Origin: Cyanidioschyzon merolae
Lineage: Eukaryota
Length of the DNA stretch: 64,000 bases
Assembly (NCBI GenBank): GCA_000091205.1
Contig: AP006501.2
Strand: one strand, 5' to 3'
Shown here: positions 23,326-33,615 of the stretch, piece after piece
How the letters are laid out: each line of letters starts with the position of its first letter
How positions within the stretch are numbered: the first letter of the stretch is position 1
The notes under the pieces: model-generated
What the model was told of the DNA's origin: nothing
The model's input: the letters and a program-made list of their open reading frames with translations, nothing else
Databases searched by the model: none
Translations under genes and position numbers: made by a program

Positions 23326-24912
23326 CTACACGGCCTGCTCGTTTATCTCACCAAGATGATCGATGCAACTGATTCGCAGCGTCGACGTTGGTTTCTGGAT
23401 GCGGCAACGTCGGCGTATGTCGTCCAGAGCGATCTGAAAATATTCCACCGGACGAGCGGAATCTAGAAACTCATCGTGATCGGCTACATCTCCGTCAACA
23501 TAGTACCCGATATGACCAATGCCATTTGGTGCAAATATGTGCACGAATCCATTGGCGTCTAGTGTTATGCGCGGTGAACGGCCCACTGCATGTAGTGGAT
23601 GACTCGGGCGTTCACTGGCGGAGGCGCCGTTAGTAACAGGTAGCATACGAGTGACCGAAGCGTGTGGTGCATTCGCAACCTGATAAGGAACACGCGCATC
23701 ATGCTCTAGTCGCTCGGGTGATGGTAGTGGTGATGCGGCTGGTTGCGCAGTGAACGAGGCCCAGTCCGGCTCTATCTGCTCTACAACAGCAAGTGCACCA
23801 ACAAAGTGCCGATGGAAATGCAAGCGGCAAGCAGCACTCCTATCCCAGTGCGGTTCGTGTGCCTCCCGCTCTGGATCTGGGTCTTGCACCGTGAAAAGAC
23901 GGTAGAAATAGTCAAAGCCGCGGGCCATGATACCACCACCGCGGCACGGATGCGGAAGCGACAGACAGTGACCCAGTTCATGCAGCATCGCGCCAATTGT
24001 TGTGGAGGCCAAGGCCCAGCGTTCACCGCGACCGGCGCTATCATCGAAGAAGTTAATTGAGTCTACGCGTCTCCGATCACTAAAGCGCTTTGGCACTTCT
24101 GAGAGCGTCTGTGGCCATGCGTACATACCACTGGAGCCAAAGAGCGCTAACGTGCCTCCACCAAGTGCTGTGTGTCCATACACACGGCCTGTGCTCGCAT
24201 CTTTTGACGTGAAAGACATGACAGCCACGTCGATACACTGCTGGCGGTTAGATATGTTCGAGAGCTCCTCAGCAATCATACCCCAGAGCGCGTCACCCGA
24301 AAGTGCATGCAGCTCGGCTCGTGTCCGCGACAGACGCCTTACATGAACAGGTACATCATAGGCGCAGTGAATCTCTTCGATATTCCCTGGCAACGGAGTC
24401 GCACACGCAGCGCTCATACGTTCAATGCAAAAGCTCAAATGACCGAGGCCTTGCTCATGAAGCAACTCTGCGGCAGCTGTTTGCATGAGTCGTAACGCTA
24501 ACGCGAAACGGCGCACGGCGCTCGCAAGCATACAGTCTTCGTCGGGCGGAGCTTGGAAACGCACCTCCACGGCGTCTCGCGGCACGACGTAGACTGCTCG
24601 GACTACATAGTCCCAGGGGACGTCCAGATAGTGAACGCGAAACTGCAGTTTCGCTGGCCCGCTCAGCGGACCCGCAGCGACAAGGTTTACCCCTGGTTGC
24701 AGCCAGACTAACGCTCGAAACCTACCATCGCAGTTGCGCACAGGCCAAGGCGTTCGTTGCTGTTCAGCAACCAAACTACCTGGTTGAGCATTTGCCAAGT
24801 AAACGACGACGCACGTGAGGTGCTCATTGAGCGGCACCTGACCGCATATCAGAAGCAACGGAAACGTTACAGCTTCGTCTGGTCGGAGGTTCTCAACCCG
24901 CCATCGCACCAT
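23326..24912 (-). CDS. Putative zinc metalloprotease (metzincin-like HExxHxxxxxH motif)
   Basis: 528-aa ORF with an ATG at 24912. 'AMLHELGHCLSLPHP' has the metzincin spacing HExxH-5-H, with Ser in place of the Gly. I cannot assign a closer family. Confidence 0.45.
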   Translation of the reverse strand: MVRWRVENLRPDEAVTFPLLLICGQVPLNEHLTCVVVYLANAQPGSLVAEQQRTPWPVRNCDGRFRALVWLQPGVNLVAAGPLSGPAKLQFRVHYLDVPWDYVVRAVYVVPRDAVEVRFQAPPDEDCMLASAVRRFALALRLMQTAAAELLHEQGLGHLSFCIERMSAACATPLPGNIEEIHCAYDVPVHVRRLSRTRAELHALSGDALWGMIAEELSNISNRQQCIDVAVMSFTSKDASTGRVYGHTALGGGTLALFGSSGMYAWPQTLSEVPKRFSDRRRVDSINFFDDSAGRGERWALASTTIGAMLHELGHCLSLPHPCRGGGIMARGFDYFYRLFTVQDPDPEREAHEPHWDRSAACRLHFHRHFVGALAVVEQIEPDWASFTAQPAASPLPSPERLEHDARVPYQVANAPHASVTRMLPVTNGASASERPSHPLHAVGRSPRITLDANGFVHIFAPNGIGHIGYYVDGDVADHDEFLDSARPVEYFQIALDDIRRRCRIQKPTSTLRISCIDHLGEINEQAV

Positions 24913-24971
24913 TCACGCCGTTCGAAAGTCGAACGACGCGAACGGTGTACAGTAGTGGCGGCAACCGCGCC

Positions 24972-27377
24972 CTAGACGAAACGTATACAACTGACGTTCA
25001 GACGCCTTCCAGCCTTTTTGGACCGGCCACCCACTACTGCTTCCAACTTTTTCGCATATAGTTCGACTTTGAGGGGTTGCCTAACAACATTCTCTCGTGT
25101 CAACTCCGGAGGTCTCTTCTCCAGCACCGCGCATTTCCTTAGATTGATGGCGGCATTAAAATCTCGATTCACGAATTCCATCCGTTTCTTGCCATCACTG
25201 GCTGTATTCACTAATGCGAGTAATCCTCGCACTTTTGCCCTCCTTTCCATTTGCTCCCCCGTCAGCGGCCCATACTTTTTTATATCCTCAGGGCACCTCT
25301 GGCACTTTTCCATCTCGACCCTCTGAAGTGTACACCCCAGTTCAGGGTGTATATAGGACGTCCGGAACTCATCTATAGGTATCGTAACGAAACGCCGTGC
25401 ACACTCCTTGTATATTCTTGTCGTTGGAGCAGGCGTAGTTCCTTTTTGGGTCTTCCAACACCCTGCCCCATACGCTACGAAGAGCCTCTGACCTTCATCC
25501 TCCTTCAAGGCGCTCAACTGATTGGAAAAAATTCGCGAACGCCCGCTGCCTCCCACCGTATACATTCATACGCACTCGAATCCACCGAGGCTTGGTATAC
25601 TCCTCCCACAGCGCATCCCAATGAGCAACACGAACTTCCATCAATTTCAGAAAAGCCTGAAAGTCCGCATTCCGGCTCGTCACCTCACTCATAGCTTCCA
25701 GGCGATCCTTCATTCCTTCGTTCCATGTCTCAATTTTCTTCCTTGCATTCATTATACCGGATTCCCGATAATATCTTGCTCTCGAGAACCCCAAAGTTCG
25801 CATGTCTTTCTGACGTAAGCTACCGTCAATGACATCTTCCGCACGCTTGGGTGCTGCGATGGTAATGATATTCGTATTCCCAGGGTCCGCGCCAACGACA
25901 AAGTCGTTATCCTCTACCTGCTGCGTCGCTGGATCCTCCTTCTCCTTTTCTCCATGCTTCGTCACGGGCTCAGCCGAAGGCAGGACTGGACGATCTGTCT
26001 TGAACCGCCCATAGTGTACACACATGGCTACTCTATCGGATTCCATCATCCTCTTGAATACCTTTTGTTTACTCATTTTGAGACGTTTGAAATCTAAGAT
26101 ATCCTTCCAGTACGTCTCCCGGTTTTCGCCGGTGAAGTCCTCCCTGCTAGCATCAAACTCGGGATTGATATCCCTCATGATGCCGTTATGGACGCCGAAG
26201 TCGATACTCACAAAATGTGACTTGATGTTGCACAACGGAACGCCGTTGAAGCGCTTTCCCGTTAGGAAAGCCTTCCGTCTCTCCCACTCTTCATTTTTTT
26301 CCCCACTCAGCTTCATCTCTGCCTTGCGTTCGAGCTCTCGGTCCAGAAACACAAAATAGCGCAGGATGAGGCCATGATATCTTTCCTTACCGTTTTTCAA
26401 CTCTGATATCTTTTCTGCTAGATTCGCCAGCCCCAAGTCTGCGCGGCGCTCTTGAATAGCCGCACGGATTACAGAAGCTTCATTCGTGCTCTCGTTTGAC
26501 GCCTTCTTGTCGACGAATTCGATCTCATCTTCACGCTTGCGATCTTTCGTGATGCCGTCGATAATCGCCCATTTTCCATTGCGAGACAGACCCGGGTAGA
26601 GTGCAGCCACGCGCGTATCATGAAACGTTCGAGGTTCATGTTCAAATGGTTCTTCAGATTCGTGAGGTACTTCATAGCCCCATAGTCGTAAATATCCCGG
26701 TCACCCTTGTATCGAGTACCCTCGAAGCAGAATTTCGCGAAGTTTTCGTGGAGGACGTGCACCCGCTCATTTTCCCTCCATGTTTCCTCTGTACCAAGCA
26801 TCAGCTGACGAACAAAGGTCTTATCGAAAAACTCGTCCGGAATCTCGACCATTTCCACGTGCGTCACGTCGCGATACATCTCCCTCACCAAATGCATCAG
26901 TCCTGATGACGCCTTGACAATACTCTTGGAGTACGAATCGACACGGTTCCTAATGGCCTCTCGCAACTTTTGTTTGTGAGGATCCTTGTTATGTTTAAGA
27001 AGACAGGTTTTCACCACCATCTCGTCGTACTGTCTTCTTTCTCGCAGCCTTGGACGTGCGGCCTCCTGCCTTTGCTTCTTCTGCCCTTCCTGTTCTTCTT
27101 CGCCCCGCCATGTTTTTCGTGTTTCTCCACCAACCGGCGACACAGGGCCCCAGGATCCTCCGCTTCCACTTCCATAACTTTCCATTTTTAATTTTTTATA
27201 ACGCTCTCTGAACGCTTCTGCTCCAAACAGCGAAAAATCACTTGAATACACTTGCTTGAGTGTTGAAACACAATTGAACTGAATAATATACGTTGCTACG
27301 ACTTTAATGAAAATAAAATTTGCCGGGTAGAACAACACGCTACAGATTAGGATTCCATTCCTCTTCAACGGCGACAT
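24972..27377 (-). CDS. Fanzor-like (eukaryotic TnpB/OMEGA family) RNA-guided nuclease gene, near-intact. It is split over three overlapping ORF segments (26469..27377, 25495..26610, 24972..25565)
   Basis: The N-terminal segment has a K/R/E-rich NLS-like region. The middle segment carries RuvC-I ('[17 protein letters not shown]'). The third segment carries RuvC-II ('[16 protein letters not shown]'), a zinc finger ('[14 protein letters not shown]') and RuvC-III ('[15 protein letters not shown]'). The order RuvC-I, RuvC-II, ZnF, RuvC-III and the 'RDxNAAxN' motif are characteristic of TnpB/Fanzor. The frame changes between segments are consistent with either tiny introns or inactivating frameshifts. 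Confidence 0.8.
25518..25563 (-). other. Candidate 46-nt GT-AG intron joining Fanzor ORF segments 2 and 3
   Basis: On the minus strand the sequence 'gtatacggtgggaggcagcgggcgttcgcgaattttttccaatcag' begins with GT and ends with AG. Removing it joins '...RVRMN' in frame to '[19 protein letters not shown]...'. A length of 46 is not a multiple of 3, which explains the frame switch. Confidence 0.35.
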
Positions 27378-27794
27378 GCGCGTCGTGTCTCGTGACCACC
27401 TGATCCGGAGGTGCGCGTACCGACCGCGCTATACAAACGAAGAGCAAAAATGAATCATTAAATAGCGACGAGGTAACAATGTCTTTCTTCCTCTACGAGA
27501 AACGTAAAAAGGATGAAAGTTTTTCGTATTGTGGAAAAGTTTACCTTACAGGCGGAGGGTCCTGCGAGCTGGACGATTCTGCTAGGCTGGTGCTCGGTGT
27601 GCCTCTAAAGTGGCGGATGCTGTAGCGAGACCTGCGCAGCTCGTCCGCAACGCAGTTTTTTGGGACTAGGGGCAACAAAGCCGCGTCTGGGCGTCGCCCT
27701 GTTGCGGTGGTCTCCTAGTATATCGTTTCGCGCTGCCGCAGAAAGTACGTCCGTCAGCGCAGCTTGCAGACTCTCAGAACTATTATGTACTCCG

Positions 27795-28010
27795 AGACGA
27801 TGCCAGGTGCACCACGCCTCGAGCCGACGCCCTCAGTAGTATGGCAAAGCCGTTCTGTCTCCGTGCAGCATCCGCACCAGCGGTAGGCGCTACATCTGGT
27901 GCTGACGCCAGGCACTTGCTGCACGATAGAATGTACGAGACAACCTGTATATCCTCGAGGAAGTATAAGAAATGAAGCTTGAAGGTAAGTGCATCATAGT
28001 GGACGCTTTC
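27795..28010 (+). repeat. ~200-bp interspersed repeat, copy 1 (family also at 34738-34860 and, inverted, at 46005-46235)
   Basis: Nucleotide alignment by eye: 'cctcgagccgacgccctcagtagtatggcaaagccgttctgtctccgtgcagc...' matches the reverse complement of 46005-46235 and the forward strand of 34745-34860. Confidence 0.7.
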
Positions 28011-28335
28011 CCGAAAGCAAATATCCATCCCGCAATCTGGGATCCATGGTCAATATAAACGTCTTGTCATCGAAATATGCCTCCCGACTGGGGGACGCGT
28101 CAGCGTCGCAGCGCATCGCTGCTGGCGACCCGACGGCTGGACACGTTTCCTCTGCGTATCTGTGCCGCACGGCGCTGCAGTGCCTGGAGACTCCAAGAAG
28201 TGGGGTGTGCGTTTTGTTTGACGGATCGGTAGTGGTTGGGTGTGCTACAGTTCCACGAAGCAAACCGTTCTGCTTAGTTGTGTTCTCTCTAGAGTTCTTT
28301 CCGCGGAGGCCTGAGACTTAGCGAATTTATTTGTT

Positions 28336-28773
28336 ATGAGCAAGAAAGGCGGAGACGTCCCCGAGTACGTGTACGAGCCATACCAAGGTGACGGGTACGC
28401 ACCTCCTCCTCCGGCAGCGAACTCTAGTAGCGTGTATAGGTACCAGACAGGTACGAATGCTGTGCCGCCGCCGCCGCCTCCGACGCAGAACGGCGTCGCT
28501 TATGCTTACAGTCCTGCGGGGGCGCCGCCGCCACCGCCACCCCCAAACTTTTCTTATGCCTACAGCGAGGCCCTGCCGGACGGCACCTCCCGACACTATT
28601 ATTACGCCCAGCGGACCTACTCGAACGCGCATGGGCGGTATCAGAACACGAACTTTGACCAGAACGACCAGCTTGCGCGGGGGTGTCTCTACGCCTGCTG
28701 CGAAGGTATGGCGGCTGGTCTGTGTGCGGCGCTGACCTTCGAGTGTTGCCTCGGTTTGTGCGGTTTCTGGTAA
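28336..28773 (+). CDS. Pro-rich protein with a C-terminal cysteine-rich transmembrane (CYSTM) module
   Basis: ATG at 28336. PPPPP/Y-rich N-terminal region. The C-terminal 'GCLYACCEGMAAGLCAALTFECCLGLCGFW' is typical of the CYSTM tail-anchor. Confidence 0.6.
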   Translation: MSKKGGDVPEYVYEPYQGDGYAPPPPAANSSSVYRYQTGTNAVPPPPPPTQNGVAYAYSPAGAPPPPPPPNFSYAYSEALPDGTSRHYYYAQRTYSNAHGRYQNTNFDQNDQLARGCLYACCEGMAAGLCAALTFECCLGLCGFW

Positions 28774-30307
28774 GCAATTGGTCAGGGGTGTGCCATGCGT
28801 CTCGTGGCTCGATCAATAGACAGCTCACACCATCATGGACGATGTGGCCGAACTTGGAGTATCATATGGTTTGCGCCCCGTAGCGGGCAGCTCTGTGCTG
28901 CGTAGACAGGTCTCTCCGAACCGTTGCATATGTCATCCAGGATTTTGCATGTTATATATGAAGAACCCCTCCTGCAGATCGAGGAAAATCACCGTCTTCG
29001 GAACGCGAGTAGTAACCGGTCTGTTCCAGCTGTATGCGGATTGTCAGCCCGAGGTTTACTGGCAATAAATCTGGTGCTTTTCGGAAAATAGATTGAGCAT
29101 CTCGAAGGGTACATCGTAAATGCTGTATTTTCTGCATAAAGTTACATCAAAAACATGCCAAGTATCAGAGGCATAGCTCACGCCCCGGACCGTCTCAGTC
29201 TTAGCGGGATCTGCACCGGACCCTATCAGAAAGTTACTACGCACACTGGTGTATGCGTTGTCCGAAATTCGCCAACTCTACTTCCATAGTGCCGTACGGT
29301 GTAGAGGCGCGAAGCGTCCAATGAACCTGTGTGCGACAAGTCCAGCTCGGCCAATTTTCTGTGGCGCTGGGTACGTATCCACGCTTGTCGTACGTCGAAG
29401 GGCGGCTTTGCGATGCTTTCATTGATGTCGGCCCGAGGGATCGAGCACTCTGCCCCGTGCGACGTCATACTGAAGAGGGATCGTGTGGCTGGACGCATAG
29501 CGTTTCCGTCTTTGACATCATCACTCGTGTGACAGTTTTCAATAAACTCGAGACAGCTGATCTTCAGCATGCCTGGTTACTAGGACGCACCAAGCAACAC
29601 GTATGCCGTACCATTAAGAGACTGCCTTACAAAGCAGCAAGAAGCAGAAGCAAAACGCAGCCATACAGAAGGGTGGCGCTAGCGCTGGCAGTCCACAACA
29701 AACTTGGATGCTTCCAGCGAACTCAAACGGGTTACGCCTCCATTCTTCTCCGCGCACACAAGCAGCTAGCAGGGACAGTACGAAAGCTCCCGTTCCACGC
29801 GCGAAATAGACTACAAAAGGTTCTGCTTTATGATTATGATACTTGTTCTTGCCTTTATATGGAGCCGGCCGCTGCCGAATAAAAACTATCTACCGACAAG
29901 AGAACAGACTCTGCCAAGCTAATTCCAACTTCGGATGCACGTACTTGCCAACTGCGTTCAAGGGTTTTTCTGAAGACTGCACGTTGCGACTGCGGAGCCC
30001 GGCACCGCATCAGTACGCCAACTAGCGTTTTCATGGTGCAGAATCGATGAATATAGCTAGGCCAATGTCAAACTTCAATGCAACTGGTCCACGTACCGAC
30101 TTTGGGCGAAGAATCTAAAGCCTCGGCCTCATCCAATGTCATCAACGCCAGCATTTACGTATTTTTGCTGCGACTGGTCCCATTTTCTCCTTTTTTCTGG
30201 ATTACGATACGCTGGTCCCTCCTTTTGCTCAAGTTCCATTGTCAGTAGCCGAAAGACCTAGATGACGGCATTATATTTCCTTTTTCACCATTTTTGGAAG
30301 TTGCCCA

Positions 30308-31422
30308 TACAATTCATGCACAGGCGGCGGTTGCGACATGCGCGTCGTTTGCGATAAGGGAATCGTCTTGGCATACGGTCGCGCTGTACCCGCTGCAGGG
30401 GTGACACTTGAGACTGGTCAGGCGTTCCCTCAGATGCACACGAGCTCCCCGTCATCCTCCTCTTCCTCCAAGGGCCGCCCCACGGTACCTGAACGCTCCC
30501 CTCACCACCCGGTACATGCCCATGACGGGTGCAGAGTGCCCCCATGGGTGCCCGACTCCGTTGCGCGCTGTGCGCTACGTTTGCGTGCTTGTTCTGGGCG
30601 ATCCCCTAGGAGCGGACGTCGTACGCTCGACGTGCAAGCGCACCATGTTCCATTCGACAGAGCCTGTATGGAATGCAACGTTGTCCGTGGTGTAACGAGT
30701 GGCCGACGGAAAACCCAGGCTGGAGATTTGTTCGAGAAATTTGGATTTATGTTCACTCATTTCGTGCTAAGCTGCGACGCGTCCTCTACAGGAAGCGATC
30801 GCTACGATCGCTCAAGTTCGAGTCCATAACCGTATTCCGTGCAAAGAGAACAGACAGGAGCCTCTAAGGCATATTCCGTGGGACTTGTGATGCTTCATTC
30901 GAATGGAGCTTCCCTGATGTCCACAATAGGGGACGATTTGTCTTCGGAACGGAACCGATCATCGGACCTGAATCGGGCGGTGGTCTTTCAGCATGAGCTT
31001 GTGGGCACGTCGCCAAGGGACGACGCGGGCTACTACGTGCTCTCGTCGATCCATCGGCGCAAGTCGCTGTGCCCAACGAGCATCCTTGCAACAAAATAAG
31101 CGAAACCCCGGGAAGTCGGTGATTTGAGCACACTCCTGGCTGTCCAATTTGACAAGTAGAGGCTTGAACGTAAGCGTTGGATAATGGCATGTATTGATTT
31201 ACGAAAACTTGCTCTAAAGCGTCCTGAAAATGGCGATTTCGGTAACGTAACAAATTCCGGCGGCAGAGCGTCGTGTTTGCAAGTCCCAGAGGAAAACAAC
31301 GCAACCTTAAGCTACGGTGTAATCCTTACGCCCTCACTGCTTGAATTCGAGTGTGCAGGCTGTACACCTGGGAAGGGTTCGCAAAAAATCGCTAGCCAGG
31401 TACAGGGCGGGCGTTCAGTCTT
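30308..31422 (+). repeat. Inverted repeat arm 1 (~1.1 kb), partner at 33616-34727
   Basis: Identical ORF translations occur on opposite strands (30338..30829(+) = 34207..34746(-); 30864..31304(-) = 33753..34172(+)). Both boundaries were read by nucleotide comparison. The arms are near-identical apart from a few indels and SNPs. Confidence 0.9.
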
Positions 31423-32227
31423 GTACTTTAATCTGATACAGGCGCAGCATCGCAGCCGGGCGTGCTGTCGCCCTGATATGAACGCTCCTATACAGCCATC
31501 TGCTCGCGCTAGTTGCAGATTCCTCATCGTCGGGGAAGGTGCTCTTCTTCCAGGGAGCGGTCGATGCCTGCTGCAAATTCACTACGCCACACAGTTCCTC
31601 AAACGAAGACCAGCCATCCCTTACGCCCTCAATAATCGGGTTACTGACCCTACTCGCCAATGTGACCCTGAGCGGGCGCCATTCTGAGCGAGACCCGAGC
31701 GCTGCGTCTTCCGATCATGCGTGGGACAAACTCTCCCCACAGTTGTCCGTCGAGTGCCTGCCTGGGGCGCCACGATAACAATCGCTCGTGATGGCCCCAC
31801 CTCGGGATCGATGCTGCGCGTCATGGCACGCGTTTTACGTAGTGGCTGCCCCGGCGGCATCCCTGGGCTCACAGGATGACGCATGCACCCGCATGCACAA
31901 AGTCAGGCTCTGCACTAGAGGCTGAGATATCCGTATCCTCGCGTGGCCGGTTCAAAATACACGTATGTGCGCAGCGGTTACATGCGAGTGCCGCTTCGTG
32001 CATGAAGCAGCACCATCGCAAGCCTCCGGTGAGCCGCATTTCAGGACGTTTAAGAATCCGCTCTCGATGATTCCGGCAACCGGCTGGTGTACGAATCCTG
32101 GAGTTATTGCTGGAGAGGTTGCGGATGCTGTGGGCAAAGATGCCATGAACAGCGAAACTGCTGCCAAATTCGCGTACCGCGCATCGATGCTCTAGCGCTT
32201 CCTTAAACGACCACTGTTTTCTGCCGA

Positions 32228-33370
32228 TCAAGCCCGGCAGGAAGCGCGAATCTGTTCCGCGCTTTTGCGGCCGTAGTGGCGGATCCACGGATGCATCGCA
32301 GAGAGAACCACCAAAAGCGCCTCTTCGGTTCGGATGGTGCGACTCCCCTGATGCGGGCAAGCATTTACGTAGGCGTCGAACAACTTTGCGACGTCCGGAC
32401 TGCCATAGCTTGCTTCGAGTCCGTGGATTCCACCAAATGCAACGAGAAGCTTGCGGAAACCCCCTGGAGGAATGAATGACGCCCTCCGAGCACTCGCCCC
32501 ATCGATTTCAGTTTCAGCCGCCGTGCTGTCCGTAGCTCGTTCGGCAGAGCTACCCCAGAGGGTAGCGAAGAGGTCGGTGCCCCGCTCGCTGGTACCTATT
32601 TTCACATCAGCGCCGCTCGTGGACAGAGCCTGTACTAAGTTAGCAGCCAGTCGCACTTTGTAGCCCCAGTAAAGCCCAAGCCTTTCGCGGGGCTCATCGC
32701 GAGCGACCATCACGGCCCGAGTCCAAGTCCAGCAGCCTTGCATATGTAAAGACGGATGCGAATCCCGTTTACGCTTACGGTTCGAGCCTTGTTCCGCAAC
32801 ATAGTGTCCACTCCTCTCTAGTTTCTCGAATCGCACTGTAACGCGCTGTCCGACGGGCAACGGCATGTCAGTGTCGACAGCTACAGGAGCGTCCCAGCCG
32901 ACGTGAACGTATCGACTTCGGTCTGACGTTGCGCCAGTGTCTGGAGCGGGTACCACGACCCCCTCGCGGTACGGAGTTCCCTCGTGCCGCCGCGGATGGT
33001 GCGGTGTATCCAGCGGGTTTAACAGTCCAACGTACTGTAGTTCAGGCGTATGCGGAAAAAGCGCCTGTCGCAGGTACTGAGGGCACTCGGCATACTGCAA
33101 AAGTCTCGCTAGATGGGTATCAAAAGCCGTCGACGACGGCGATGAAACGGTGCCCGCGATAGTTGCACGGACACGCTCAGCGAAGATAATGACCTCATCT
33201 ACCTCAAAGATTGCAAGTGCTCTCGCGATCTGCCCCGCAAGGTACGTCTGTAACGCCGGGGTCTGCGCGTTAGCCAGAACGGATCCAGGCAGCGCTACTG
33301 CAAGTGTCCACGAGCGCCCTTTCTGCTCGCTCTTGGTGCAGTTGGAAGCAAGGGCAGTTTCCTGGTGCAT
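32228..33370 (-). CDS. SPOUT-domain putative RNA methyltransferase, SPOUT1/C9orf114 (DUF171) family
   Basis: The track ORF begins with GTG at 33385; the first ATG is at 33370. 'TLAVALPGSVLANAQTPALQTYLAGQIARALAIFEVDEVIIF' closely matches the conserved N-terminus of C9orf114/SPOUT1. The C-terminal 'LLVAFGGIHGLE...' trefoil-knot region is present. Confidence 0.75.
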   Translation of the reverse strand: MHQETALASNCTKSEQKGRSWTLAVALPGSVLANAQTPALQTYLAGQIARALAIFEVDEVIIFAERVRATIAGTVSSPSSTAFDTHLARLLQYAECPQYLRQALFPHTPELQYVGLLNPLDTPHHPRRHEGTPYREGVVVPAPDTGATSDRSRYVHVGWDAPVAVDTDMPLPVGQRVTVRFEKLERSGHYVAEQGSNRKRKRDSHPSLHMQGCWTWTRAVMVARDEPRERLGLYWGYKVRLAANLVQALSTSGADVKIGTSERGTDLFATLWGSSAERATDSTAAETEIDGASARRASFIPPGGFRKLLVAFGGIHGLEASYGSPDVAKLFDAYVNACPHQGSRTIRTEEALLVVLSAMHPWIRHYGRKSAEQIRASCRA

Positions 33371-33615
33371 GCGTAGAAGGTGCACAGCGCCCTTTGTTTC
33401 GGTTCAGTTATGGGCCAATTAGAAACCGTCTGAGCGCCCTCTGCTCCAGTCGATCTGAGCAACGCTGGGTCAGACAAAAATGTTTCTAAGCGTTGCAAAT
33501 GGCGTCGATGATCCAGTGCGCTGCGCGTCAGCGCGTGCTGAAGTGCTCGTTATTTGAGGACGAAAGCCATTCTGTGACTAGAGACATCTAAAGCCGTGGA
33601 ATAATAGAATAAAAG

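Noticed and set aside
30338-30829. 163-aa ORF (and its 179-aa twin at 34207..34746) inside the inverted-repeat arms as a candidate transposase
   Set aside because: Ser/Arg/Pro-rich with no catalytic or DNA-binding motif recognisable. It cannot be supported as a protein from sequence alone.
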